NCBI RefSeq assembly: GCF_963921235.1
Contig: NC_086108.1
Span: 77,130,001-77,194,000 of the forward strand
Reading direction: 5' to 3'
Length of the DNA: 64,000 bases
Source of the DNA: Mobula hypostoma
Taxonomy: Eukaryota
Part shown: positions 23,416-35,894 of the stretch, one piece after another
Layout: every line of letters begins with the position of its first letter
Position numbering within the stretch: position 1 is the first letter of the stretch
Notes under the pieces: model-generated
What the model saw: the letters and a program-made list of their open reading frames with translations, nothing else
What the model was told of the DNA's origin: nothing
Database searches by the model: none
Made by a program: the position numbers and the translations under genes

Positions 23416-25166
23416 GGGTGATACTTCTATTACGGTAGTACATTCAGAATATATTTTTGAGACACATTTTCTTAAGAATATCAATATTTTCCTTGGTTAA
23501 AAACAACAAAATATATTTGGAATTTTAACCCTTTTTGACAGAATTCTGATTTTGGCGTCAAAGCACTTGACTCCAGCAAATAAGTTCAGTCCCTAACCCT
23601 AACCTTTACATTGACAATGGTTTTAGTTTAACATCTGTCCAACTAAAAGAAGCAACACTTACAATTAAAAATACATCCTTACAGTCGGCACTTTTTTTTC
23701 AAAATTCCATAACAGATCACAGATTTTAAGGCAGGTGACAAGAGAACTTTGTAAAAAACTTCCACGTGAAACATGAACATAGGCAGCCCAGCTATACTAG
23801 GCATTGTCCAGTCTTGTTTAAAAAAAACAGTAATGCTTACAAAACATCTGCTCAACCTTCCACAACTCTGGAATAAGTACAAATCATATTTCAAACAGAT
23901 TATAGAGATCATTAATTTTCAATTGACTAGAGAGGACACTTTTTTAAGCACTGACAAAACATTTACTCAATCCTCTACGCACTTTTTTTTATCAGTAAGG
24001 ACAACATTCACAGAAACCTCAACAACTCTGTTGCTAGCCCACTGGAGATTCTAGCAGGGTATTCCCTGCTATAAAACTTCGTACTGCCTGTCTTTTCTTA
24101 TCAGCAGCCCTTTTGTTTCTTTGATTAACTCTTCTCTGTGGTCTCTTCAGTCTCTGTGCTTTGGTAATTGTGAGATGATCTTAAAGTTTTCTTGTCTTGC
24201 TTCTCTTTTTGTATCGCTCTCTTCCTCTTTCAAGGTACTGCTGGTATTTCACTGGGTGTTCTTTAAATGTGTCTGTATTTTTTTGATCAGTCTACTGATG
24301 ATATATGGGGCAATCTTGACAACTTCACTGCCACCTGAGTGATGGTAATGACATTTCTCACTTTTTGAAGAAAAAGTTGGCTACGTCTTGCACCTGCTAT
24401 CTTGACTATATAGCTAGCTCATAAATGTAATTTAAATATACAGAAATAAAGTCAGTTAAAGCACTGAAATTGTAACTCATTTGGTAATGACATGGGATGA
24501 ACATACTCTCAGTTCATGAAGTATAAATCTTTAAATTACTCACATTTCTGGACATCAAAATGTCATTCTTCTGCCATGACAGCCACATGCTCCCCTGTCA
24601 CTTCTCAATTCCACAGCAACCACATAAGCAGTTGTTTGAATAAACTTGATTGGTCTCTAAAACGTGTGGCGTGATGGTAATGACAGAAGTGTTGGGGACA
24701 GCGATTCTTTGTCATAAAAAAATTTACAAATTGTATAAAAAATAACCCATGTGAATTTGACTGCACCTCTTCCTAGAGATGCTGTCTGGCCTGCTGCGTT
24801 CACCAGCAACTTTTATGTGTGTTGTTTGAATTTCCAGCATCTGCAGAATTCCTGTTGTTCCATGTGAATTTGACATCTGTTTTAAAGTTTTTGTGAGAAA
24901 ATACAAACCAAAAGTTTCATGAATTTAATACTTATTATTACTTTATTTTGAAGATAAAGTTACAGAGTCTGGGTTGGGGACAAGCCCAAAATAGTGAAAT
25001 TCTGACACATTCAAGTTTTTAATCACTTAAAAATTAAGAAAATATTATTTATGAAGTGTACTGAAAAAAGTTTCGAGTTACTATTATTTAACTTTTAAAG
25101 CTACAGTACTTGCTTTGGTAAGAACTATTTTTTTCTTGAAAATTTACCCTAAATAAAGAATCGCCC
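23416..25166 (-). mobile_element. Probable Sola2-type non-autonomous DNA transposon
   Basis: Short imperfect TIRs GGGTGAT(AC)TTCT / AGAATCGCCC; 4-bp TSD TGTT/TGCT; minus-strand relic KEHPVKYQQYLERGRERYKKR at ~24181-24267; repeated internal motif GGTAATGACA (x3). Confidence 0.6.
24762..24859 (+). mobile_element. Penelope terminal-repeat fragment with 15-bp TSD, nested in the Sola-like element
   Basis: Flanked by CCATGTGAATTTGAC at 24747-24761 and 24860-24874. Confidence 0.85.
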
Positions 25167-25604
25167 TGCTACAGGAAGGCATCGGAGTCGGTGTGTGAAG
25201 GTGGTGTGCAGAATAACTCGGAGTGATTATCTTGGATGTTTCTCTTGCAATTGCAAGAACGTGTTAGATATTAGTAATATAAAATGTTGTAAATTGATTT
25301 CCCTTGTTAATTGGTGAGTCAGACCGCGGGGGAGCTGTGTGACCTTGGAATGTGGCAAGGACGAGGCCTCAGCCTTGGGCTTGCCTTTTACAGACAGAGG
25401 TGATGTTACGCGACATCCATGCTGGATTGGAGGCTGTCCCCTCCTGTCAGTGCTGCCATCCAGTGTTCAATTGGTGGAATGACAAGCTGGGTTACGTGCA
25501 TGCAGGCATATGCTCAACTACAGACTGCTGAGAACTGCTTGCTCTTGCCGATAACACCCAAGCAGCATCAATTTACAGGACATATCATTCAGGGACTTGG
25601 GCTA

Positions 25605-26460
25605 TACAGGGACGAGGTCCAGCACCTACAGTGATGAGGTCCAGCACCTGGCCACATGGTGTGCCGACAACAACCTTGCCCTCAACACCCAGAAGACTAA
25701 GGAGATCATTGTGGACTTCAGGCATGCTAGGAGCCACACTCACGTCCCCATCTACATCAAAAGAGCTGTAGTGGAGCGTGTATCAAGCTTCAAATTCCTT
25801 GGTGTTCACATTTCAGAGGATCTCACCTGGTCCCTGAACTCCTCTATCCTGATCAAAAAGGCACAACAGCGCCTTTATTTCCTGCGGAGCATCAGGAAAG
25901 CTCACCTCTGTTCCGGATACTGATGGACTTTTACCGCTGTACCATTGAGAGCATACTCACCAACTGCATCTCAGTGTGGTATGGCAATTGTCCCTTATCG
26001 GACCGCAAAGCACTCCAGCGTGTGGTGAAAACTGCCCAGCAGATTATCGGCACCCAATTGCCCACCATTGAGAATATCTACCATAAACGCTGCCTGGGCA
26101 GGGCAAAAAGCATTATCAAGGATACATCTCACCCTAACTATGGACATTTTACTCTCCTCCCATCCGGTAGGCGCTACAGGAGCCTCTGCTCCCACACCAG
26201 CAGGCACAGGAAGAGCTTCTTCCCTGAGGCTGTGACACTGCTGAACCTCACATCACATCGCTAAGCAATATTGCACCCATATTGTACTGTCTCAGTACTT
26301 TTATATTTGTGTGCTGTAGCACTTACTTTTTATTCACAGTTATTTTGGAAATAACACTATTCTTTGTATTTCTGGTTAGATACTAACTGCATTTCATTGG
26401 CTTTGTATCTGTATTCGGCGCAATGACAATAAAGTTGAATCTAATCTAATCTAATCTAAT
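25605..26460 (+). mobile_element. Rex1/Babar LINE, 5'-truncated, relatively young
   Basis: ORFs 25597-25923 and 25923-26264 (WCADNNLALNTQKTKEIIVDFR...FYRCTIESILTNCISVWYG); (CTAAT)n tail; ~22-bp tandem duplication at the 5' junction. Confidence 0.92.
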
Positions 26461-26470
26461 CTATATATAT

Positions 26471-26720
26471 GCAGACAACAGGAATTCTGCAGATGCTGGA
26501 TATTCAAGCAACACACATCAAAGTTGCTGGTGAACGCAGCAGGCCAGGCAGCATCTGTAGGAAGAGGTGCAGTCGACGTTTCAGGCCGTTTCAAATCCCT
26601 TACTCACTCTTTCTTCAGTTAGTCCTGACGAAGGGTCTCGGCCTGAAACGTCAACTGCACCTCTTCCTACAGATGCTGCCTGGCCTGCTACGTTCACCAG
26701 CAACTTTGATGTGTGTTGCT
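26471..26720. mobile_element. Fold-back Penelope terminal-repeat insertion, 14-bp TSD
   Basis: Minus arm 26471-26587, plus arm 26588-26720; flanked by TAATCTATATATAT at 26457-26470 and 26721-26734. Confidence 0.85.
26621..26656 (+). ncRNA. Minimal type I hammerhead ribozyme motif (Penelope-associated)
   Basis: AGTC-CTGACGA-AGG(GTCTCGG)CCT-GAAACGTC-AACT; stem I first pair mismatched. Confidence 0.65.
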
Positions 26721-26939
26721 TAATCTATATATATATTCTGTGTGACGCTATCTTTACTTGTTATCTTAAATGTGCTATATGTGCCTTGTGCTGTGTATGA
26801 CTGTTGGTACTATGTTTTGCACCTTGGCCCCAGAGGAATGTCATTTCATTTGGCTGTACTCATAGGTATTCATGTATGGCTGAATGATTTTAACCTTGAA
26901 CTTGAACTTCACTTTTCTCTTTGGTATGGCAAAGGTAAG

Positions 26940-27870
26940 TGATGATTTGGCAGAGGTGCGTAAGATTTTGAGAGGTAAAGACAGAGTGGACAGCCAGCAC
27001 CTTTTTCCTCACGATGGCAATGTCAGTATCAGAGGACATCTGTTTAAAGTGAGTGGAGGAAAGTTCAGGGGAAATGTCAGAGGTAGGTTTGTATACTAAA
27101 GAGTGGCAGGTGCCTGAGACGGTGGTAGAGGCTGATACAATAGGGACACTTAAAAGATTTCTAAACAGGCACATAGATGAGTAGTGGATGGTGGCTTATG
27201 TAGCAGGGAAGAGTTAGATTGATTGTGGAGTAGATTTACGTAGGTTGGCACAACATTGTGGGCCCAAAGGCCTGTAGTGTACTGTGCTGTTCTATGCCTT
27301 TTAACAATTTCCGTTCCCCTTTCAAATTAAAACAATGTTCTCTTGTATTTGGCATTTCTACCCTGTTTGAGAGGGCTTGATAGGGGATATGTCAAAATGT
27401 TTCCACTAGTGGGAGAATCTCAAATGAGGGGACATAGTTACAAGATTGGAGGAAGTCATATAAAACTGAAGTGTGCGGGAAATTCCTCTTGCAGAGAACA
27501 TAGAACGTAGAGCAGTACAGACAGGAACCCTTGCTTTGGCTCATGATATCTGAGCTGACCATGATGCCTGATTAAACCCAATCTATTTGTCTTCATATAA
27601 TCAATAACTCTGTATTCCCTGCATGCTCATACCCCCATTAAAGTGCTTCTTAAATGCCACCATTGCGTCCACTTCCATTACAACTCTTGGCAGCACATTC
27701 CAGCTACCCACCATGCTCTGTGGGGAAAAAGTACCTCATAAATCTCTTTTAAACTCTCCACCTTCAACTCTAAGCTATGTTCTCTTTTATTTGACATTTC
27801 TACCCTGGGGGAAAATCTCTAACTACCTAGACTATATATGTCCCTTATCTTTTTATAAACCAAGGCTTAC
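26940..27870. mobile_element. Cluster of CR1 3' fragments (both orientations)
   Basis: RGKDRVDSQHLFP...RGHLFKV and CR1 tails. Confidence 0.75.
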
Positions 27871-28666
27871 ATTAAGAGTTAATACATAGTTACCAATGTA
27901 CCTCTCTCTGAGGCATAAAAATTCTTCAGTAAAAGTGCTTCAGCAACACCCAGCAGAGGAAGATAAAGATAAGTGTGTCTCAGGGTTTCCAGCATCTGCA
28001 GAATCTCTTGTGTGTAAGATAAAGATAGTGTTGGATCAGTGAAAACACATGGTTACCAAAGAGGGTAGCCAGCCTGAACATCTCAGAACTCACTAAAAGT
28101 GAGCCATGGCATTGATGAGATAGCTGAACGTGAAATATAAGAGGCATCTGTCAAAGAAACATTAACGTAGAAAGTAAAAAAAGTGAAAATGAAAAGATTA
28201 GCAAAAATTAATGAAGGTCCCTTACATGCTGATACAAGGAAAATCATATTCAAAAATAAAGAAAAGACAGAGAATGGCAACAGATACTTTGTGGCCTTAT
28301 GAAAGAAGGCACAGAAAACCTAGGTGAATCAGGAGCAGAAAGAAATTAGTATGAGAGAAAATATTGCTCAAATCAATGTGACTGAAAACCAGCAAATCTC
28401 CAGGATCTGATGAGCCACATTTCAATGTCTGAAAAGTGATGGTAGTGTGGAAGTGGGTGCACTTTATTGATTCCAGAACAATCCATACAGATTGAAGGAA
28501 GTAAATATAGCAGAGAACCAATGGTATATTTGGACCGACAGAGGACATTAATAAGTTGCAACACAATAAGTAATCAAACACAATAATACTAGGCAGAATT
28601 GGGAAGTTACAGACACATGCAAATTGAAGATTGATTAATGTACGGAAATAGAAATAAACAGAATAG

Positions 28667-29596
28667 GATCCCACCACTAAGCATATCTTTCCCTCCCCGC
28701 CTCTCTCTGCATTCCGCAGGGATCGCTCCCTACACAACTCCCTTGTCCATTCGTCCCCCCCATCCCTCCCCACTGATCTCCCTCCTGGCACTTATCCGTG
28801 TAAGCGGAACAAGTGCTACACATGCCCTTACACTTCCTCCCTTACCACCATTCAGGGCCCCAAACAGTCCTTCCAGGTGAGGCATCACTTCACCTGTGAG
28901 TCGACTGGGGTGATATACTGCGTCCGGTGCTCCCAATGTGGCCTTTTATATATTGGTGAGACCCGACGCAGACTGGGAGACCGCTTTGCTGAACATCTAC
29001 GCTCTGTCCGCCAGAGAAAGCAGGATCTCCCAGTGGCCACACATTTTAATTCCACATCCCATTCCCATTCTGACATGTCTATCCACGGCCTCCTCTACTG
29101 TAAAGATGAAGCCACACTCAGGTTGGAGGAACAACACCTTATATTCCGTCTGGGTAGCCTCCAACCTGATGGCATGAACATTGACTTCTCTAACTTCCGC
29201 TAGGCCCCACCTCCCCCTCGTACCCCATCTGTTACTCTTTTTAATGCACACATTCTTTCTCTCACTCTCCTTTTTCTCCCTCTGTCCCTCTGAATATACC
29301 TCTTGCCCATCCTCTGGGTCACCCCCCCCCCCGTCTTTCTTCCTGGACCTCCTGTCCCATGATCCTCTCGCATCCCCTTCTGCCTATCACCTGTCCAGCT
29401 CTCGGCTCCATCCCTCCCCCTCCTGTCTTCTCCTATCATTTTGCATCTCCCCCTCCCCCTCCAGCTTTCAAATCCCTTACTCACTCTTCCTTCAGTTAGT
29501 CCTGACGAAGGGTCTCGGCCTGAAATGTCGACTGCGCCTCTTCCTATAGATGTTGCCTGGCCTGCTGCGTTCACCAGCAACTTTGATGTATGTTGC
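28667..29596 (+). mobile_element. Penelope-like element, 5'-truncated, intact GIY-YIG endonuclease domain
   Basis: ORF 28877-29203 HFTCESTGVIYCVRCSQCGLLYIGETRRRLGDRFAEH...VATHFN...LGSLQPDGMN; possible TSD CAGAATAG; sits inside an older CR1 remnant. Confidence 0.93.
29498..29533 (+). ncRNA. Minimal type I hammerhead ribozyme motif
   Basis: AGTC-CTGACGA-AGG(GTCTCGG)CCT-GAAATGTC-GACT: stem I AGTC/GACT, stem II AGG/CCT, GUC cleavage triplet. Confidence 0.75.
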
Positions 29597-30981
29597 CAGA
29601 ATAGAAATAGATGGGTTAATGTTGGGGTGTGAAAATATGACCAGTGGGGTGCAGAAGGGATTGGTGCAAGAGCCTAGTTGTTCATAATCTCTGTTTATGG
29701 TCTAGATAAGAGGACCAAGTATCACAACTGATGAAAATATTGGTGCAATGCAGGTTGTGAAGGTGAATTCTAAGAAGCATCTAGACAAATATTTGAATTG
29801 CCAAGGCATAAGAAACTAATGACTAATAGGATTAAATGTAGAGAGTTACATCAGGTGGTATAGACATGATAGGCTGAAGAGCCTGTTTCTGTTATACCAT
29901 GACTCCATAGTAATGCTAGGAGTCTTCAGAGATACATAGGCATCTCTTCTCAGCGGCTGAACCTTCAAGCAGAGATCAATATTTATTCAGGTATTGAAGA
30001 AATCAATACAGGAACATAGCACTGGGTAAAAGATACTATGTTTGAGGAACTGAGTGGGCCATCCTGCTCATAATTCACACGCTCTTAGAAGCATAACGTT
30101 TCTGTTTTGCTTTCACAATCTTGTTGCTATTCATAACATTATTATTTTTGATGACTTGTGTTCAAAGGTATATTATCTGTGATTCTTATATTTGACAATT
30201 AGCTTCAGTAAATATCTAGCCATTTCCTTAAGAAATAATGATGCTTGAAGCTTTTGTCAGATGAGTCTGTGGTGACCAAATGCAAATCTAATAGGGGCGC
30301 CGAGAAGGTTCAACTGTGACTCCAAAATTAAATGTTCGCCTCTTTTGAAATTTACTATTTTTGGCTCCGATGTGATATTTTTCACAATGAGGTCACCTTG
30401 CTTGCCCTATTGCTGCAGGGATCAGTGCATATTGGATTGATGTTTCAGGGCCTGTACACAACTGGCTATTTCAATCTGCAATCACAATTCAGCATTTCTG
30501 CTTCTCGGGCTCCTGAGGAAGTGAAGTGAGTTCCGAGAGACTGGAATGACTTCAATCCCAAATTAAAGGGGAGGCTTGGCTCCAGGCTTCGTATCTTTAA
30601 TTGACTTGGGGCCAAGACAGTAATCATGTAATTTGGTTTTGTGACAGGGTGCCAGCAAAAATTCCACATGGAGCCAGAATCAGTTGCATGGCTCCACTCT
30701 GCTCTTACCTGTGTTTTTAGATATGTCCTCAACGAATGTGTGTTTTTTTAAAATGAATTTTAAATTTTGGCAACGGGAATGGGGAAAAAGCATTTAACAG
30801 CAGTTACAAAACAGATTATATTCCATAATGAAATGGAAACTAAATGCACAGAGTTTAGTTTCGCTCAATCAGAATGAGAATCAGGTTTATCATTGTCAAC
30901 CTGTGTCATGAAATTTGTTGTTTTGTGGCAGCAATACAGTGTAAGACACAGAAATTACAAATGACAATTTATAAAAATATA

Positions 30982-31523
30982 CACTCAGAGGCCAGATTAT
31001 TAGGTACCTTCTGAACCCAATAAAGTGGCCATTGAGTGTCTGTGGTCTGTGGTCTTCCGTGGCTGTAGCCCATCCACCTCAAATTTCAACGTGTTGTGCA
31101 TTGAGAGATGCTCTTCTGCACACTACTGTTGTAATGCATGGTTATTTGAGTTACTGTCAGTTTGAACCATTCTCCTCTGACCTCTTTTATTAACAAGGTG
31201 TTTTTGCCCACAGAACTGCTGCTCACCAAATGCTTCTTGCTTTTGCACCATTCCTTGTAAACTCTTGAGACTGTTGTGCATGAAAATCCCGGGAGATCAG
31301 CAGTCTCTAAGGTACTCAACACACCCCGAATGACATCAGCAATCATTCCATAGTTAAAATCACTTAGAACACATTTTTCCCCCATTCTGATGTTTGGTTT
31401 GAACAACAACTGAACCTCTTGACCATGCCTTCATGCTGTTATGCCTTGTGCTGCTGCTACATGATTGGTTGATTAGATATTTGCATTAACAACAAGCATA
31501 CCTAATAAAGTGGCCACTGAGTG
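30982..31523 (-). mobile_element. Tc1 non-autonomous element
   Basis: TA-flanked TIRs CACTCAG...; ORF 31086-31409 MGEKCVLSDFNYGMIADV...TTVSRVYKEW; interrupts a Rex1 3' UTR fragment. Confidence 0.9.
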
Positions 31524-31639
31524 TATAGATAATGCCAAAGACAAACAACGTAGTAGTGATGATGGGTTCATGGAGTGTTCAGAAATCAGATGGCAGAGAA
31601 GATGAAGACTTCCTTTTCCTGAAGCGCACAACTAATTCC

Positions 31640-32785
31640 TTGGTAATCCAAAAGAGATCTTAAATTAATTTTTTGTATCTGTATTTATTCAGGACACAGT
31701 CTATAGAGGTGAGGCAAAATGGCATCAACAGATTACAGAGGAGGAGATGCTTGCTATCTTGAGGCAAATTAGGTTCCCTTGGACCCTATGGGAGGCAAGT
31801 ACAGAACTTGCTGGTGCCCTAGCAGAGATATTTAAATCATCCTTAGTGACAGGTAAGGTACCAGAGGATTGGAGGATAGCCAATGATATTCCACTGTTTA
31901 AGAAAGGCTGTAAAAGTAAACCAGGAAATTATAGGCCGATGAGCTTGACATCAGTAGTGGGAAAGTTATTGGAAGGTATTCTAAGGGACTGGATATATGA
32001 GTATTTGGATAGAAGTGACTGATTAAGGACAGTTGGCGTGGCTTTGTGTGTGGTACGTCATGTCTAACCAATCTTATATAATTTTTCAAAGAAGTTACCA
32101 GGAAAGTTGATGAAGGCAAGGAAGTGGATGTTGTCTACATGGACTTTAGCAAGACCTTTGACAAGGTCATGCATGTGAGGTTGGTCAAAAAGGTTCAGTC
32201 GGTCGGCTTTCAAGATGAGGTAATATATTAAGTAAGACATTATCTTTGTGGGAGAAGCCAGAGAATGATAATAGATGGTGTCTTCTCTGATTGGAGGCCT
32301 GTGACTACTGGAATGCTGCAGGGATTGGTACTGTGTCTATTGTTGTTTGTCACCTGTATCAATGATCTGGATGATTATATGGATAACTGGATCAGCAAAT
32401 TTACGGATGACAACAAGATTGGGGATGTAGTAGACAGTGAGGAAGACTATCATGGTCTGCAGGGGGATCTGGACCAGATGGAAAAATGGGCCAAAAAATA
32501 GCAGATGGAATTTAATGGAGACAAGTGCAGGGTCTTGCAGTTTTGTGGGACCACCCAGGCTAGGTCTTACACAGTGAGCGGTTGGGTACTGACGAGTGTG
32601 GTAGAAAAAGGGGATCGGTGAATACAGGTCTATAACTCGTTGAAAGTGGCATCACAGGAGGATAGGGTATTAAAGAAAGCTTTTGGCACGTTGGCCTTCA
32701 TAAATCAAAGTATTGGGTACAGGAGATGGGATGTTATGTTGAAGTTGTATAAGACATTGGGAGGCCTAATTTGGAATATTGTGTA
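31640..32785 (+). mobile_element. CR1 LINE ORF2 (RT) fragment
   Basis: VPEDWRIAND.PLFKKG.KSKPGNYRPMSLTSVVGKLLE; ISKFTDDNKIG. Confidence 0.92.
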
Positions 32786-32869
32786 GCACACACAAAATGC
32801 TGGAGGAACTCAGTAGGCTGGGAAATAAGTAAATGGTCAATGTTTCGGGTTGTGACCCTTCATTGAGAT

Positions 32870-33250
32870 TACATTCACTACTTGCACTGGCAGCTCATTC
32901 CACACCCGCACCACCCTCTGAGTGAAGTTTCCCCTCATGTTCCCCTTAAACTTTTCTCCTTTTGCCTTTCACCCATGATCTCTGGTTGTAGTACCACACA
33001 AAATCAATGGAAAATACCTGATTGTATTTACATTATCTATACACTCATAATTTTGTATGCCTCTATTAAATCTGCTCTCAATCTTGCTGTCAGTCTTTTA
33101 TGTTCTGAAAAATAAAGTCCTAACCTATTCAAAATGTTCACATAACTCAGGTCATCCAGACTCAGTATCATCCTGTAATGGTTCTCTGTACCTGTTCAAA
33201 CTTATTTACACCTTCCCTGTTGGTAGGTGACCAAAACTGTACACAATACA
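32870..33250 (-). mobile_element. CR1 LINE 3' fragment
   Basis: Reverse complement of the CR1 C-terminal region; interrupted by Rex1 at ~33250. Confidence 0.75.
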
Positions 33251-34458
33251 ACCAACACAACTGATCGACAGATGACGCAATAGCCACTGCCCTACACACT
33301 GTCCTTACACATCTGGAGACGAAGGGTGCTTATGTGAGAATGCTGTTCTTGGACTACAGTTCAGCATTCAACACCATAGCTCCATCCAGGCTCGACAAGA
33401 AGCTCAGGGACCCCGGCCTTGACCCTACCTTGTGCAGCTGGATTCTGGACGTCCTGCCAGATTGCCAGCAGGTTGTAAGAGTGGGCTCCCTCACCTCCAC
33501 CCCTCTGACTCTCAATACAGGAGCCTCTCAGGGCTGCATACTGAGTCCCCTCCTTTACTCCCTGTATACCCATGACTGTATCACCAACCACAGCTCCAAT
33601 CTGCTAATTAAATTTGCCAACAACACTTACATTGATTGACCTTATCTCAAACAATAACAAGGTGGCCTACAAGGAAGAGTCATCTCTCTGACACAGTGGT
33701 GTCAAGAAAACAACCTCTCCCTCAATGTCGCAAAATCAAAGGAGCTGGTTGTGGATTACAGGAGGAATGGAGATGAGCTAACCCCTATTGACATCAATGG
33801 ATCTGGGGTTGAGAGGGTAAACAGCTTCAAGTTCCTTGGCATCCACATCACTGAGGACCTCATGTGGTCTGTACACACCAGCTGTGTGGTGAAAAAGGCA
33901 GAACAGTGCCTCTTTCACCTCAGACAGTTGAGGAAGTTTGGTATGGGCCCCAAAATCCTAAGAACTTTCTACAGGGGTACAATTGAGAGCATCCTGACTG
34001 GCTGCATCACTGCCTGGTATGGGAACTGTACCTCCCTTAATCACAGGACTCTGCAGAGAGTGGTGCAGACAGCCCAGCACATCTGTAGTTGTGAACTTCC
34101 CATGATTCAGGACATTTACAGGGACAGGTGTGTGAAAAGGGCCCATAGGATCATTGGAGATACAAGCCATCCCAACCACAATCTATTCCAGCTGCTACCA
34201 TCCGGGAAGTGGCACCACAGCATAAAAGCCAGGACAAATAGGCTCCGGGACAGCTTCTTTCACCAGACCATCAGACTGATGAACTCATGCTGATTTGAGT
34301 GTACTCTATATTACATTGACTGTTCTATTTATTATAAATTATTATAAATTACTGTGATTGCACATTGATTAGATTAATTGATTGATTAGATGGAGACGTA
34401 ACATAACGATTTTTACTCCTCATGTATGTGAAGGATGTAAGAAATAAAGTCAATTTAA
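33250..34458 (+). mobile_element. Rex1/Babar LINE RT and 3' end
   Basis: ORFs 33334-33639 (RMLFLDYSSAFNTI...GASQGCILSPLLYSLYTHDC) and 33751-34293. Confidence 0.93.
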
Positions 34459-34464
34459 TACTCC

Positions 34465-35540
34465 AAGACGCGAAAATCTGCAGATGCTGGAAATCCGAGC
34501 AACACACACAAAATGCTGGAGGAACTCAGCATGTCAGGCAACATCTGTGGAAAAGAGTGAACAGTCGACATTTCAGGCCAAGACCCTTCATCAGGACTGG
34601 AAAAAAAGATGAGAAGTCAGAGTGGAGAATGTGGGAGGAGGGGAGGAAGAAGTACAAAGTGGTAGGTGATAGGTGAAACCAGGAGAAGGAAAGGGGTGAA
34701 GGAAAGAGCAGGGAAGCTGATAGGTGACAGAGATAAAGGGCTAGAGAAGGGGGAATCTGTTGGGAGAAGACCATGGAAGATAGGGAAGGGGGAGGAGCAC
34801 CAGAAGGTGGTGATGGGCAGGTAAGGCAATGAGGTGAGTGAGGGAAATGGGAATGGGGGAATGGTGAAGGGGGGAAATTACCAGAAGTTAGAGAAATTGA
34901 TGCTTAAGCCATCAGATTGGAAGCAACCCTGATGGACTATAAAGTGTTTCTCCTCCAGCTTGAGTGTGGCTTCTTTGCAACAGTAGAGGAGGCCAGGGAC
35001 AGACATGTTGCTAGAATTGATGTGGGTGGCCACCGGGAGATCCCGCTTTTTCTTGGCGATGTGGTCTTCAAATCTACGTTGGGTCTCACCGATATACAGG
35101 AGCACTAGGACACAGCAGATGACCCCAACAGTCTCACAGGTGAAGTGTTGCCTCACCTGGAAGGACTGTTTTTGGAGTCCTGAATGGTAGCAAGGGAGCA
35201 AGTGTAGGGGCAGGTATGGTACTTGTTCGTTTGCAAGGATAAGTACCAGGAGGGAGATCAGTGGGGAGAGAAGAATGGACCAGGGAGTCATGTCAGGAGA
35301 GATCTCTGCGGAAAGCAGAAAGTGGAGAGAGGGAAAGATGTGCTTGGTGGTGGGCTCCCGCTTTGAGATGGTGGAAATTCAGAGAATTATGTGCTGGACA
35401 CCTCCCCCCACCTTCTTACTCGGACTTCTCATCTTTTTTTCCAGTCCTGATTAAGGGTCTCACACCAAAATTTCAACTGTTTCCTCTTTTCCATAGGTGC
35501 TGCCTGGCTTGCTGAGTTCCTCCAGTATTTTGTGTATGTT
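34465..35540 (-). mobile_element. Penelope-like element 3' part with an inverted terminal repeat at its 5' end
   Basis: ORF 34878-35291 FQVRQHFTCET.GVICCV.LLYIGETQRR; plus-oriented terminal-repeat copy at ~35400-35540. Confidence 0.88.
34562..34599 (-). ncRNA. Minimal type I hammerhead ribozyme motif
   Basis: Reverse complement CAGTC-CTGATGA-AGG(GTCTTGG)CCT-GAAATGTC-GACTG with a 5-bp stem I. Confidence 0.75.
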
Positions 35541-35894
35541 GTACAGTTAATACATGCAGCATGTTTAAAAACAAGCTAGGTTCTGTCCACGATCTAGCAT
35601 AATCTACTCTAGCCTCAGCTTTGGTGTCATCAAATACTCAGCAAGTGGAGAGAGAAACAGTTAAGATTTCAGGTCAATGACATTTCCTAAGAAGTCATCT
35701 TATCTGATTCCTTTCACAAAGCCCACCACATGGAACTTTAGATGTTGAGTTAACTCTCAGCAAATGAGCAGAGTAAGAAGAGGTGGAGGCTGCAGTCTAG
35801 GCTTGAGATACAGCAAAAAGATATTCAACAGCTTGTTATACCATTACCAGTTGTCAAGAGACATCACCCCTCTTTAACAATTAAATATAGGAAA

